From Takakia lepidozioides (lineage: Eukaryota > Plantae > Bryophyta), in assembly GCA_030704615.1 (NCBI GenBank), contig CM060732.1, forward strand, positions 48,422,001-48,486,000: 64,000 nt of DNA, in the 5' to 3' direction. Shown one piece after another: positions 37,601 to 51,100 of the stretch (positions are counted from its first letter, which is position 1; every line of letters begins with the position of its first letter). The notes under the pieces are model-generated. The model searched no databases and was not told where the DNA came from. It saw only the letters and a program-made list of their open reading frames with translations. Both the position numbers and the translations under genes were made by a program.

Positions 37601-40232
37601 AGCAAGAGGATATTCTTCTGGTAGATGATAGGGCCAGCATGCCGCCGAAACCCTTTTCCTGCTTGCAGGTATCTGGAGACTGTAGTAAAACCTTCGAAGC
37701 TCAAACAACAGCATCACCAAGGCTCTAATTACAAGGAAACCGACCAATGAGTATCTAGCTATGAGCATAATTTGAGTTAGGGCCCAGGCTTACTGCTTTC
37801 ATAGCTTCAAACTTGGCCTTTTTCTCAGCATCTTTCTCTTGCCGTCTACGTAGGACTTCAGCCCTTTCATCAGCCTGGAACAGGTTCTGTATCAGTCATC
37901 TGATAAAACTTAAGACTCCAACAAGCAACCCAAACCCAATATCTGATCAGAGCTAGCTGATACTTGATTCGTCGGCAATCTCCTCGCTATATCAACTTGG
38001 AGAGAGAGTGTGTGATGTGATGCTCAGAGGGTTGTCTGGCATGGCGACAATCTCCCCACAAGCTGAACCTCATTAGACCTTATACACAAGCAGAGTGTTT
38101 GAAAACGTGAGCCCTGAGAACATTGTACTTAGGTGCCCTGACAATAACAGTGGAACTGGCTACATCATCTTGCCCCCATGTTCCAACAATTCTTGGAACC
38201 AAGTGGACAGCAGGGAATACAAACAATTGTCAATGAAAACCATGGCATCTCGAATCGGCGCACCTAGGTAGGCTTCCAAGCACATTGAGCATGAGTAGTA
38301 AGCGAGACGACCTTGTGATAAATCCCTGCGTTTGAACCAGCACAAAACCTTTGGAAACTGAAAGATAGCCATAACAGTGCCTGTGATAGCATCTATCCCC
38401 AGCCCAACACACAAAGAGGGGGAGAAGAGAGAAGAGAGAAGAACAGGAGGCCACCAGTGCTGACAGAAGACAGACATAGCCATGCAAATTCTTCATAACC
38501 TTTCCGCTACTGTTGGCTAGTACCAGGGTTGCACTCAAGGCCTTCTGCTCCAGCATGTCAAGCAAAAATTGAAACCAGGGTAGCAACATTACAAAAAACA
38601 AGAATGGGAACAAGGCTAAGGAGTACAGAGTCTATCTTAAGAATGCGAGTCTCCATGCTGAACCTGGCTTGCATCTCTCAATATATCAGCTTTCCTGCCA
38701 TACTGAAGATTTTCAGTTACGGCTTTGTGTCAAAGCATTCAGCCAGCTGCAAGGGGGTGCACTGATTACTTGCAAGCTCTGTACATGAACGATTGCTCTA
38801 TCTGGGGTGAGACGACCTGTCAGATGACTGATCCTGCTGGTGGGTGATATATATACTTTACCTTTGCCATGGCAGTAGTCATGGCTTTCTTGGCCTCCCC
38901 ACCACGCTGGAAAACTTTTCCATCTTGGACAAAAGCGCTGCCTGTGTTATGCTCCTTGACGATTTTATTCCTCTCCTCAAGAAGCCTCCCCAACTTTTCT
39001 GGTTGCACACCATGAACACAGCTTAACCTCAGTTCTTCTACCAGCATCGTTACTATTGTGCTGAGACCCTACCAATCATTGGGGGTGGAGTGTTCTCCAT
39101 CAGACTCAGATCGTAGGGCATATCCTTCTCAAGCCTACTAAAACAAAGTGCGATGACTCCTTTTGTGTTACTCTCTTAAGCACAGACTGAAGGAAATATA
39201 AGCATACTTTTGTAGTTTACCTTTCCTTTCCTTTTCATGGTACTGGTACTTCAGCTCCTGGAGCTCCTTACTGAGGCCCCTTTCCACAAAATAGTCTTTA
39301 TCCCTGCATAAGACACCAAGAGTCAGCTGCATCAACCGTAGGTTGAAGGCACAAGGCACCTATGGAGGACTGTAGTCCTAGGAGAAATCCAGTGAAATAG
39401 CACACTTCATGCATCCTTGTTTGTCTGCAAGGCCCGTCTCTGGGAGTTTGTAATAATCTTCATTTCTATGCCAGGCCTCAGATTGTCCTCATAACCTAGA
39501 GATGCAAATCAGAAGCAGATTTTTTCCTCTGTTGCCTTAACATTGGGGGAAGGTCCTTTCATGGGCTTTCATCTTCCTCAGATGGGGGAGGGGAGACCTT
39601 ACTTACTTTTATGGGGCTTGTTTTATAAATGGGGTTATATATGGACATTGGATTACTGGACCTTAGTACTTCTGATGGTTATAACATCTTTACATAACAT
39701 CCATGGTGAGCATCACAAACGCTGTTGCGCTTACTGTTCCTGCTATTGAAAACAAAGAAAGTATGCGGGAGGAAAGATTACCTTTTCTGAATCTCAGATG
39801 GATCTATGCCAAGGTAGAGGCATGCTTGCAAAGACCTTGGGGTGTTGACCAGTTCACCAGGCTCAGCAGAATCTGCCAAAAGTTGCTTCACTTCAAAATA
39901 GTTCTCTCTTTACACTCGAGACAGAACTGAAAGGTATGTGCTCTTAAGCATATGTTCATTGAACTAAAGTACACAGTCTGTTTCTAGTACAGCTGTCACA
40001 GACCGAAGCTTCCCAGTGCATTGGAAGAAAGTACTTGTATCCCACCTTAGTCCATCCAAAACAACTAGAATGATGAGCAATAATTAAGCCATGACCATTC
40101 CTAAGAATGGAGTTAGACATCTGTAGGAAGAAGGCAAACCAACTAAGGGTTTGGCAGGTTGGAAGACGCACCAACATCATTAAGAGAAATACTCTTTTTC
40201 TCCAATTTGATACCCTTGTGATATGCAGCAAC
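31676..40232 (-). CDS. Multi-exon CCDC177/DUF4659-like coiled-coil protein (start codon and exact 3' end unresolved)
   Basis: Exons splice in frame: VAAYHKGIKLEKKSISLNDV|DSAEPGELVNTPRSLQACLYLGIDPSEIQKR|DKDYFVERGLSKELQELKYQYHEKERK|EKLGRLLEERNKIVKE. E/K/R/Q/A-rich exons follow at ~37.8, 37.0, 35.8, 34.6, 34.0, 32.9 and 32.1 kb. Confidence 0.75.
34741..35179 (-). mobile_element. Second, shorter and decayed copy of the RTEX-like LINE, in an intron
   Basis: Reverse-complement match to ~20090-20530. TTAGAATG occurs at both junctions (34734 and 35185). Confidence 0.9.
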
Positions 40233-43200
40233 CTGGTGTTATGGGACCCACAAAAATCAATCAGTTTCTCCAGGTATAGAAAAAGGATTCCAAAAGCTCA
40301 TAAAATCTCCAGACTCAAATTTCCAGTGATAGATTCAGGCAGAAGTTGGATGTCAGATTATTTAATTATCTCCGGTACGAGTCTGTGAGTATTAGAAGGA
40401 TACAGACCGCTGTGTGGATGTGCACACTACTTATCAAAGCATGGTCGACAGTTTTGCTGGAACACATGAAACGGGGTGTGGGACTCTAGTTGATCATCGA
40501 AAATCTAGGTGTAAGTGTGTTCACAACCCTGTCCTGCTGCGCAGGTATGGGTCCATTACAATATTCTGCCAAGGTTTCATTTCATTTGATAGTGCCTGGC
40601 TGGAAACCTGAAGAACTTCTGTCTGCGCTCAATGGAAATAAACCTTTGCATATCTAAATTCAGAAAGAAGCATTCATAACACCCTCAAAGTACCACATTT
40701 GTTACTTCTAGAGCCATAAGATATGGGAATTTAAAGGGGATCTTTGACCTGAGAGATGAAACTTGATCTAAGAAAGTTGGCTCCTGACACAACTTATGAG
40801 GCAAGAGGAGACAGAGAATGAAAAGACAGGTTCAGTGGACCGTCCACATGAAGGGAACTTGGGGAAGAAGGAAGAGAGGAGAGAAAGACACCTTCCAGTT
40901 TCTGAGCATATTGTCTGCCCACTTGTCTGGATTAATGTCATCATGACCCCACCCACCAGGTGGGGCAACATGTATGGTGTGTGGCATTTTTCTCCTACTT
41001 TCTTAAAACAGTGGTTGAGGAGTTGGGAGTCTTTGCTGCTCTCCCTGCCACAGTGCCACACACGATGAAGCATCAAATACTTTAGTATCGCTCTCCAAGT
41101 GATGATTGGAACTGTCCATGACACATAGGCAAAGAAAATGCATGTACATTGATTCCGTGGAGAACGGGATAATTTGTCTGGACAGATACATCTGTATAGA
41201 GCAGGGAAATATTTCTTTCTTCCAGAAGTGAAGCCAACCACTTGAATGAAGCAGATCAAATTACAAATTAAGGACAAACCTTTTGTACTGATGGTTTTTG
41301 CATGTTCAAATGGAAACTATCTGTAAAGGCAAAGTAGGAAATTTCCGTTGTCTTGTCATAAATGAAAGGAGAAGATGGTTTAAATATGCCGAGAAATAGA
41401 GTATACACATAAAAGATGCATACCAAGTTAAGCACAAAGAATGGACCTCTTTAGATACCAACTTCTGAAGTTACTCTTGCTAAGTGCAGATATGGAAATA
41501 CTTGTGTAAAGCGAGGGACATAGATGTTTGATATGGACATTCATACTCTCACAAACCAAAGTCTTAGAGCAGAGGCTTCCCACTCTGCATTCATCTCTAT
41601 AGCTTAGTGAAACCAATTAAGACTTTATTCCTGGTATTCCCCACTGCAAGGAAACTATTCCCCCAAATACGGTCATAGCTCTTCAATGCTTCACCCCCTG
41701 TACTGTATGTTCAGGTTCACCCCTGCCTATACATGTTCAACGCATGCATTCTAACTGTAAAGCAGTAGCAGGGCAATAGCAGTTGCCATATGCTGCAAAT
41801 GCAATAATTGAGTACCGGTTTCCTTTCAGCTAGTGCGACCAGGACCTCTGAGGATACAACACTGTAGTCATTGTTGCTAATTGTGATCCATGAAGGATCA
41901 CGGAGACCGAGATGAAACAGCCTGGTATGATTCACTTCCCAATGTGTGTTTCAATTTAGGGCTCAAACCCTCTCATGTGCTGTACAAAATTTCAGAGTAA
42001 CAGATGCCAGAGGTGGTGTCCGTGACATGTGATATGCACTGCAAATGCTTTACACATACTGGACTGCTCAGGCATCTTTGCTAATTGTTCTCCATGCAGG
42101 ATGGCAAGGTGAACTTTAGGGCACATGTGCTGTAGGAAAGTTCTGAGCAAACAGATGCAGAGGGTTGGGCATTGTTCCACATGACAGCACCGGTGTTGAA
42201 ACCGTTAAAACATTTAAGACTGTGCACAATATACAAGTACTGATCCAAATGGATCTGCATACTAAGTTCTCTCCAGCACCCTCCTTCAACAATGAAGTGG
42301 TCCAGGCCAAGCGTTCATACAGAGACCAAATGCTCTTCCAGAGTTCAACAATATAATGTTCTCTGTAGACTGTAAGGCAGGGATCAATAGCCATCTTTCT
42401 GAAGTGCATATTACCGAGCCATATTGACAAGTATATAAAAGTTGAAGCACATTGGAGCTGGAAAGTACCAAAGTCACTCTCCTTGCTACCCAGTTGGAGC
42501 GAACACTCTAAAATTGAACAGTTTGCGAGTCCCCCCGTTGCCTTTTAAACTCCAGGCCACAGATGGAGATGCCCAGACCCCAGAGAACCTCGGACTCTCA
42601 TCATCCACTACAACACAATTCAGAAGTTTCTGGAAACCGTCGTAACCTGTTCGATCACTGGCATGTTGGAAGACGAAGATTGTAAGACTGCAGCATGGAT
42701 AATTGCTCTCAATACCCGGCCACAGGAATGTGCACGGGGGCCGGGCAAGTGGTGTGGACACCTCTTTTTTACTCCCCCTGCCATTCTCAACCAAGCCAAC
42801 AGGTGTTGATAGGAACGTCCCCTTGAGGACAACGAATGAGGTCCATTGGAAACATAGGAAAGAGAAGGGGAACCAGCGGCAGCAAAAGAGGTGAAGAGGG
42901 AAACATTGACACGATGAGCCGGCGAGGGAACGGCAACATGTACGGCGAAAGGGTGAGCAATGGCACCCTTTCGCTCTAGCAGCCCTGGCTATCACAGAGG
43001 CAACCTCCCTTACGCACACTCTGGAACGCCCTGTTCACCTCCTCCAACGTTACCGCCCAATGCGTCGATTGGACACAACAAAGAGACAATTACGATAGTC
43101 AGGATGCGCTCCGTGTCGAGATCTCACCAAATGGAAAGGACGAACTAACCGCCACATTGTCTTCGCCCATAAGAGAGGAGAGAGATACACCCAGAGATAG

Positions 43201-43269
43201 GATGACGCAACGTCAGGAGACATTGACATAGAAGGCTACATCAAACCCACAGTACTCCTGCATACGAGA

Positions 43270-43800
43270 CTGGCTAGTTTGGAGACCATTCCAGAAACAG
43301 TCACACAGGAAGAGAAGGATAATACAGTGTTGGTGAATACCCTCTACCAGGCCATAAGTCACGAAGATACTAGCACCTTGCTATCCTTGCTTGCCCCTGA
43401 ATTGGACTGGTGGTACCATGGGCCTCCTGGCCACCAGCATATGAAGTTTTTGCTCACAGGTGTGACGCGCTGCCGGAATTTCCTGTTTGCACCCATCGAG
43501 GTCTGGGTGATTGGCAACCGGGTTTTCGTTGAGGGGCATGGCCAACTCGCTACAAGCTCATGGGTGCATGTCTGGACCGTCAAAGACAGGCTGTTTGTGG
43601 GGTTGAGAGAGTACTACAACACTGCAATCATGGTCACCAATGTGGCACCGGCTATGGTTCCTCCCACTGCTGCTACTGATGTACTTCCACGATATCCGAG
43701 CCACTCCGACTGCACCGAAACTCTCTGGCAAAGCATCCTGGCCAGGGGGAGGGATACCAACATACCGGGCATCATTCTGGCAATCGAAACCACTCGCTAG
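43270..43800 (+). CDS. Wound-induced protein 1 / SAG20-like (SnoaL/NTF2-like fold), probable CUG start
   Basis: LLAPELDWWYHGPPGHQHMKFLLTG, VFVEG, WVHVWTV, LREYYNT, LWQS...PGIILAI. No in-frame ATG between the stop at 43198 and the internal Met at 43441. Confidence 0.88.
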   Translation: MASLETIPETVTQEEKDNTVLVNTLYQAISHEDTSTLLSLLAPELDWWYHGPPGHQHMKFLLTGVTRCRNFLFAPIEVWVIGNRVFVEGHGQLATSSWVHVWTVKDRLFVGLREYYNTAIMVTNVAPAMVPPTAATDVLPRYPSHSDCTETLWQSILARGRDTNIPGIILAIETTR

Positions 43801-43915
43801 AAACATATCTGACTCTACTCTCATCAGTCAGAAGTTGCAACCGTCTGGCTTTATAGCACCTACTAGGACACTGTATTCTGATATTCTCTGGAAGAAAGGA
43901 TACATACTGGGGCTA

Positions 43916-44297
43916 CAACTCTATTCAGAGGGAAAGCCTGAAGAGCTAATGGGAAGATTGACTCGTGTTCTTCCAGGCCGCATCTGTCTGAAATTCCGCA
44001 TCCTAGCAATCCAAGCTCTGCTTTCACTCTTTCAACAAATTCCAACGATGGTGCAAACTCCCCAAGATTTCGAGTAGAAAATTTGAAGAACAAGTTCTGC
44101 ATTGCGGCAACTCTATTCAGAGGGAAAGCCTGAAGAGCTAATGGGAAGATTGACTCGTGTTCTTCCAGGCCGCATCTTTCTGATAATTCCGCATCCTAAC
44201 AATCCAAGCTCTGCTTTCACTCTTCCAACAAATTCCAACCGATGGTGCAAACTCCCGAAGATTTCGAGTAGAAAATTTGAAGAACAAGTTCTGCATT
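43916..44297. repeat. Tandem duplication, 2 x ~190 bp
   Basis: caactctattcagagggaaagcc...caagttctgcatt at 43916-44103 and 44108-44297, nearly identical. Confidence 0.95.
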
Positions 44298-44902
44298 TTC
44301 ATTGAATTGGGCCGCAGTGCAGCACCCAGTTTCTATAGAAGGCGGATGAGAACTGATCACATCATATAGACATCAACTCTGGAGCTGGACACTTACGAGA
44401 CTCTAGAGGGACAAAGTTCGGACATGACTTCGTCTGTGTGTTGCTGTCTGTATTGTAAGCAAGTCTGGAGTTGGTACTCTCTGTAGTCCACTTTGCACAT
44501 GATCCCCCATTTAGGTTTTGCACATTGTTCTGCACTGCCTGCAAGAAGTCGCTACAAGTAGGAGTCCCTCAGCTGCATTTGGACATGGAGATTGCATCAT
44601 TTTCCTGACGAGTTTCACACAGTATCGAGCACCACTGCAGCTCGGACCAGGTCTTCTTTTGCAACTGCAGAAAGTTCTCATCGCTAATTCAATATTTGGA
44701 GTTTCACAAAAATCTTCTGTGGGCCTAGATTTTGGAAGGCCCTCAACCAGACAATCACTAATATACACTGGTGTATTGAGGACATGAGCCACCTGAGTTT
44801 CTCAATCCAAGCCTCTTCCTCAAGATCTGATTTTAGACCCAGCATTCTTCCATACACATCTTCGTGTAGGGGGGAATGGTATGACTATAAATTATACTAC
44901 AG

Positions 44903-47900
44903 TTAAGGGCTGGCTACACTTGAAACTGCCTGACCAAGTTTGAAAATTCGCTTTAGATTGATCAACCATCCACTATTATATGGAAGAACTAGCCCCCCAG
45001 TGGAGATGGTGGTGGCTGCACTTGCAGGTGGATCAGTCTGCACCATGGCTGCCATTTCATGCACCAATTCCAGTGCCTCTGACAATCTCGAGAGGAGATT
45101 CAACAATGCAATAACCTCGTTCTGTTGCAAATCAAGCTGTGAACCACAAGGAGGTAAGGGGTAAGTATGAGATAAAGATACAGTTTGTTTAACAGCTGAG
45201 TATATGGAGTCCAAATTTGGAAAAGAACTAAACTAGAACAAAATAAAGACCTAAAGTAATATGTTCAAATCAGGGGCTATGCACACCCCACCCACATTGC
45301 ATCCCATCCACCAGAAAACATCAACAGGTATGCATCAGCTCATCAACCCAGGTTTAGCTGCAGCTGCTTACCAGGTGGCTAGACAAGTCATGGCCCTCAG
45401 ACGAGAAGAGGATTTTAAGAGCAGTGCCAAGACCCAGTATTTGACAGAGACGACACCTCTCACAACCAATGCAATCCATCAATGCACTGTTGAGACCACC
45501 CATAACACCCACGTTATATCACTTTCACAGCCATAAAAACCCCTCTCTAGTCATTGGACAAACTAGAGATTTCCAATGAGCAGACATTGCCGTTGCCTGG
45601 AAAAGACAATTTCATTCAAAAATTTACATTCTTCAAGCATCTTTTCAATAACAAAGACTGATAAAGGTTGTACCTGATATTCCGAAAGTATTGCTGAATC
45701 TCATGCTTCAATTCAATGCCATCAGCACCACGCCACATTTGTGCCTCATCAAATGGCAGGGGGCAGGATGCACGGAGGCGCTGACTGCTGACCAATTGTG
45801 TCACGAGCGCCTGAGTTTCCTGGTCCTCTGTGACATTGCCAGTGCTATACTCTGCTTCTGCCAGGTAGGCTTCTGCCTGTTCCACACCAACCACAATCAA
45901 ACCTGCTTTCAACTAATGCTCTCAAACCAAGTGCCACTGCCAAGTTTCTAATTCAGAAGCAGAGGAATAAATCTCAATACCTCAGGGTGGTGGACTAGCA
46001 AAGCATTTGAAAGCTGCCACTGTATATGCAAGATAGCAGAAGTGCATTATCTCACCTTGGTTACAGCTCGCAATACAAAGAGAAATGTGAAATACAGATT
46101 CTGGACACGCTCAGGATATTTCAGCACACGCTCATACAGAAGTGCTGGATTCTGCCCCCACTGCAGACACAAACCTACATCCCCTTCATAAGCACTAGAC
46201 TCCTCACCACACACCAAGTCCAATCAATTTTCTCTGCCACCAAGGAACAGCATGCACCAAGATCATGATCAATGTTGGTCTAGAGTACCAAGAAAATAAG
46301 GTTACTCAAAGAGAATAATTACGTGCAGTACTACGATGTGCTGTGAGAAGAACAGGCTTTGGCAAGTAGGTGTCCTCACATTTCCCTCCCACCTTTACTT
46401 CCTGGCACTGGTTTCTTTGCAGGACAGCTAAGCGCTAGGTCGTGAAAAATGTAAGCCTTGTCAGCCACTGGAGAAATCATTCAGGGACTTAACATCTCTT
46501 CTGCTTGTTTCTTAAAGACTCTTTCCCCTCTTCATGCCTATCCTATCCATTCCAATTGGGTGTGGAGTCTGCAGCCGCATAGACTACGCAGGCACCATCT
46601 ATTGAATACCTCCGTTTATTGGTTGTACAAACCACGAACAATTCCTTGAAACTGAACAACATGAAAAATCGATGAAAGCAGACAATGACAATTTAATTCA
46701 AACTGTTTGTGCAGAATTTCAGACCTGATCCTTGGCCTGATTGATCAGATAGTCTCCAGCAATGTGGCTTGTAATGGATGTATGTAAGCCTGATACAAGC
46801 CTGTAAAACACCTGTCTCTCTGTACACATGTCTCTCTCCCCATCTGCAATCAGCACAAGCAGAGTTGATAATCCAACTTCATGTGCAAATGTTCTGAGAG
46901 AACACCCAGTGTTGCCCCTGTATCAAGTGGTCCATTGTTGTGGAAGTTCCAATATCACCCATAAATTGATTCACCCAGATCCAGATGTAGCATTGGCAGC
47001 CACCACACCGGGAAGATGGATATGGGCCTCAGTAAGTGTGATACTACCAAGCATACCACTACTGGCAAACTTCACAGTTCTCAAAGCTACAGTGACATAC
47101 TGGAACAGACACTTACTGCAGCATGTTCCAATAGTGATAGATTTTTCCAGTGATTGGCATGAACTGAAGAGGGAGGAATTTCAAATTACGGAACATGTCT
47201 GTCATTTGAATTGAGTTTGGAAGAGGGGGAAGGCCTCTAAATAACTGACTTTGAGGTCCAGGGTGCAACAGTAACCTGTGAAGCAATTCTCCATGTATAT
47301 GGCTTCCCATATTCTGCGAGCTGAGGGTCCTGTGTAGCCCGTGAACCTCTCCGGATTCAGCAATAAATTTACATATGTCATTTCTCCTGACAACCGAAAA
47401 CCCACTCCTCAGCAACTCTCTACCCATGACGTATCTGAATGCTCTGCTACAAGATTTCTAGAGCAGGTCCAGAATCAGAATAAATCACACTACTGATGTG
47501 AGCTCTCAGAGACTGCAGTAGTCCCACTCTGCTGTCTCTCCATCCCCTTCCCCACCTTTTCTGCTCTACTGGAACCGGGCGCAGATTATATGCCCATGAC
47601 ATTACAGCAAGTCTAATGCTAACCTCTCTCTCCCTCTCCCTCTCTCTTTCCCCCAATGCTATTTCAGCCTGAAAGCTATCTTATTCTATCTTCTGCTTTG
47701 AAATGCAAAGGACACAAGCTGCTCAGAACAAAAACCAAGAAAATGACTTCACAAAATTTGAATTCACCATTGTCTGTCTCGTCATCATTGGTCCAAGGAT
47801 TGTCATTCTCAGTCCAACCTTGGAAGAATTTTCTATCTAGTGTGCGATCCACAGCACCTTGAGGTTTGCCCTCTTGACACAGCAAATTATCTGGACTGAG

Positions 47901-48170
47901 GCCTTTTAAGGCCAATGGGAACTCGTGCTCTGGGCACTCACACACACTGCAGTCGCGGAGCTGGCACATGCCGTCATCAGGCCATCACACCACAGCCTCA
48001 GCCTGAGCTTCTTTCAAGACGCACAACATGCAAGCTTTCAAAGTATGAGTTAAATGATATAGCCTAAGCAAAATGTGTGCTTGTCTGGATTTTCATTCTC
48101 TGGAAGACACATGAGAACTGCACGGAGATCTCCAACTAGTCCCAGGTGACAATACCTTGAAGTGGGGATT
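44903..48170 (-). pseudogene. ERO1: ER oxidoreductin-1, damaged and 5'-truncated copy
   Basis: [103 protein letters not shown]. The CPF before WPDD is lost with an in-frame TGA (~47985). WGKL is deleted (~45445). No N-terminal exons found. Confidence 0.85.
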
Positions 48171-51100
48171 AATTTTGGTACTACTAGCAAGAGAACAATG
48201 GTCTATGTAGGGACTCCTATGCAAGTTGAGTAATGGTCTATGCTGATTGTAGTTATCTTTTGAGGACAACTCGCCTTTCTAATGTGGATACTGATGTCAT
48301 GAGGTGTTAGGGTCGGCGACTCAAGAAGATGCAAAAGTGAGGCTGATTATGGATAAAGATGTGGCCATTCATATAGATGTGTTCACTTTTCCAAGCCAAG
48401 GATTTGAAGCTAAAAAGGAACTATGTCCCTTATTATGTTATAGACATCTTTGTGTGAAACAATGTCGTGAATGAGCCTAGTGCGAAGCTATATTAAATCT
48501 AGTATAATTTTAGGTTCACAATTTACAAACAATTTGTAGTTGGACATACAAACAGTACGAAGCATAATTGCTTCCAACGGTTTGTAAGCCATGCGTTGCC
48601 AAGCCTGTCCGCATCGAAAGTACTTGTCTCAACAATCCCACTACATGCTCAAAAACATTGGGTTTTATGACTTAGATCTATAATCATGAACAATACAAGA
48701 AGCAAACATAAGTTAGAAAGTAACAAATAATGGATCTCAAGGCGAACTTCATTGTTTTAAGAGTTAAGGCAACGTAGGTCTGAAATCGATTAAAAAGTGG
48801 TGGAAAAAATAATTGCATTCGGCTTTCAGTTTCCAGATGTTTCACACATATCAACTTTCAAGTTCTTTATGAAAGTCCAAATCCATGGATTTAAACCCGG
48901 AACTCTACCGAAAAAGAACTTAGCTACCATGAAGCCACAAGATTAAATAATAATAATAAGAAAAAAAATGCAAAACCATGAACATAATGCATGTATATAT
49001 GCATATAAAATATTATTTTTCTAAAAGATATTAAATTAAATGTTTTTAAATGTTAAAAATTTTAAATTTTAAAAAATTTGGTTCCAAGGAAATACCAGCC
49101 CCAACAACTGGTCCTTGAGAGGGAAAATAAACCCCCTTCAGGGGGACGGAGCCCCAACGGGAAGACAATGAGAGACAATTGACAAATGTTTGAAACTCAG
49201 ACCTACATGCACAAGATGTCTTGTCATCAAGACGGATTATTTAGTGATTAGATTAGCTAAGCCGTACCCGGCCACTGAGACATGTCTCTGAAGATGCGGA
49301 CTACCTTTAAAATATGTTAATATTACTGTTGCTTCAACTTTACTTACACAAGTAGCATATTCTCATGCAGACATGTAGACCCTGTTATGCATGATTTCCA
49401 ATATTGAAATGACTCATTTGAACAAAATGGCCCATTTCAATTATGTAAACAGTGAGTTATAATTTCAATTTACATTCCCTAAACATGTCATGATAGATGC
49501 CATTTGTTTGAGCCATTTTGAGTTTGAAATCTATTACCAGATCCTGACCATGGACAAGACATTAATGTCTATTTCTTCTACTTAAGTTTGTAAGTTGAAT
49601 TGAAACAAGGGCATGAATGCATTGCCAGGAACTTAGGTTGGAGTGGATTTGCTTACTTTTGTGATGAGCCCTTAAGGCAAGTTGGCCCAACGTGGGCCAG
49701 TGGGCTGACAATTTCACAAACTATGTTTCAGTTACTATTGGACTATTTTATAGTTACCACAAATTAGTGTTCACACATGACATTTGTGATTAAGCCCCTC
49801 TAGTGATTGGTTGACTCCATTGTTTGTCGATTTTAAGCTTTCTTTCTTCATCTGTCACAACTCGCAAGTTGGTGAAGGTTTGAACGAGTATTGTTTGGTT
49901 TTAAGATCACACCCAGATCTCTACCCCCATATCCCAGTCCTAGGACAAGACCTGACATGCCAGCTCTCAAAAAATGTCACTAAAGAGAACTTAGATCCTT
50001 AATTTGTCCCTCAAGCTGGGGTAGGGAAAATGCCATACAACTTGCACAGAAGAGCCACCAATAATCCGATGGAACAGGGGTATTTGATGTACAGTTTCTG
50101 TAGACATCATCCTCAAAGACACAATGTTGAACCCAGCACGTTATAAACTGCAGTCGTACAAGAGAGGAACTTCTTTTCTACCTTGTATTTGATTGCTGCC
50201 ATGATTTTGCGTCTTAGATTTCACATTTGATTTTGGCTTGGGCATTCTTGCTTCCCATTTTGGGCAAAGCAAATCACCACCTGGCACACCCATACACTCT
50301 GCACAAAGACAACTTTTACAATGTTATTTGCTTCATACAAAGCATCGCATATATCTGCTGCTTGCCTCAGAAGTGGGGCCAATCACCAGAACTCGCAAGG
50401 GGGCAAAGAAGCTGATGGAAGGAGGGAGATTGATGTCAAACCAAGTTGGTAAGGAACCCTGCATTACTACATTTGAAGATGTATTTAAATATATGTCACT
50501 GTTAGCACCACCACCGACCATGCACAATTCTACAAACTGAAGCTCGTATCATGTACAGACTTATGAAAATTGAGATAGAGGGTCATCTAGTAGTACCATC
50601 CACCATATGTTCTTCCTAAGCTACCTCTCAGACATACCTGGAAAATACCAATTCCGGCATGAATGGTCCCCTGCAGGCAACCAGCTGTTTGCCCTCCCCG
50701 CGCCCACATTTGAAACAAACACCCTTCATTCCACCACGGATCCCAATCTCACCAATTAAAATTTCAATGGCTTCAACCATCTCTGCCTCCATCTTGCCTG
50801 CGACAGCCTCTATGACGTCCCGTAGACTCTTGCTGTTCTCAAGGTAAATGAGATCACTGGGGTGATGTGCTGTGCTGTGATGCCACATGCTCCTCAAATA
50901 TGGAGATGTTGACTGCCTTTTAAGACAACCAGCTGGATGTACCTAGAAACAGAGTAAGAGAATATCTCGAATTTCAAATCATGGTGAGAGAGAAGAGCAG
51001 ACAGATGGAGTAGCATTGCTCAAAAGGATTAAAGAGTACAAATGAAACTTGCATTCCAGACTGAAAAGCTTAGAATGATGCACCTCCTCAAAGAACAATT

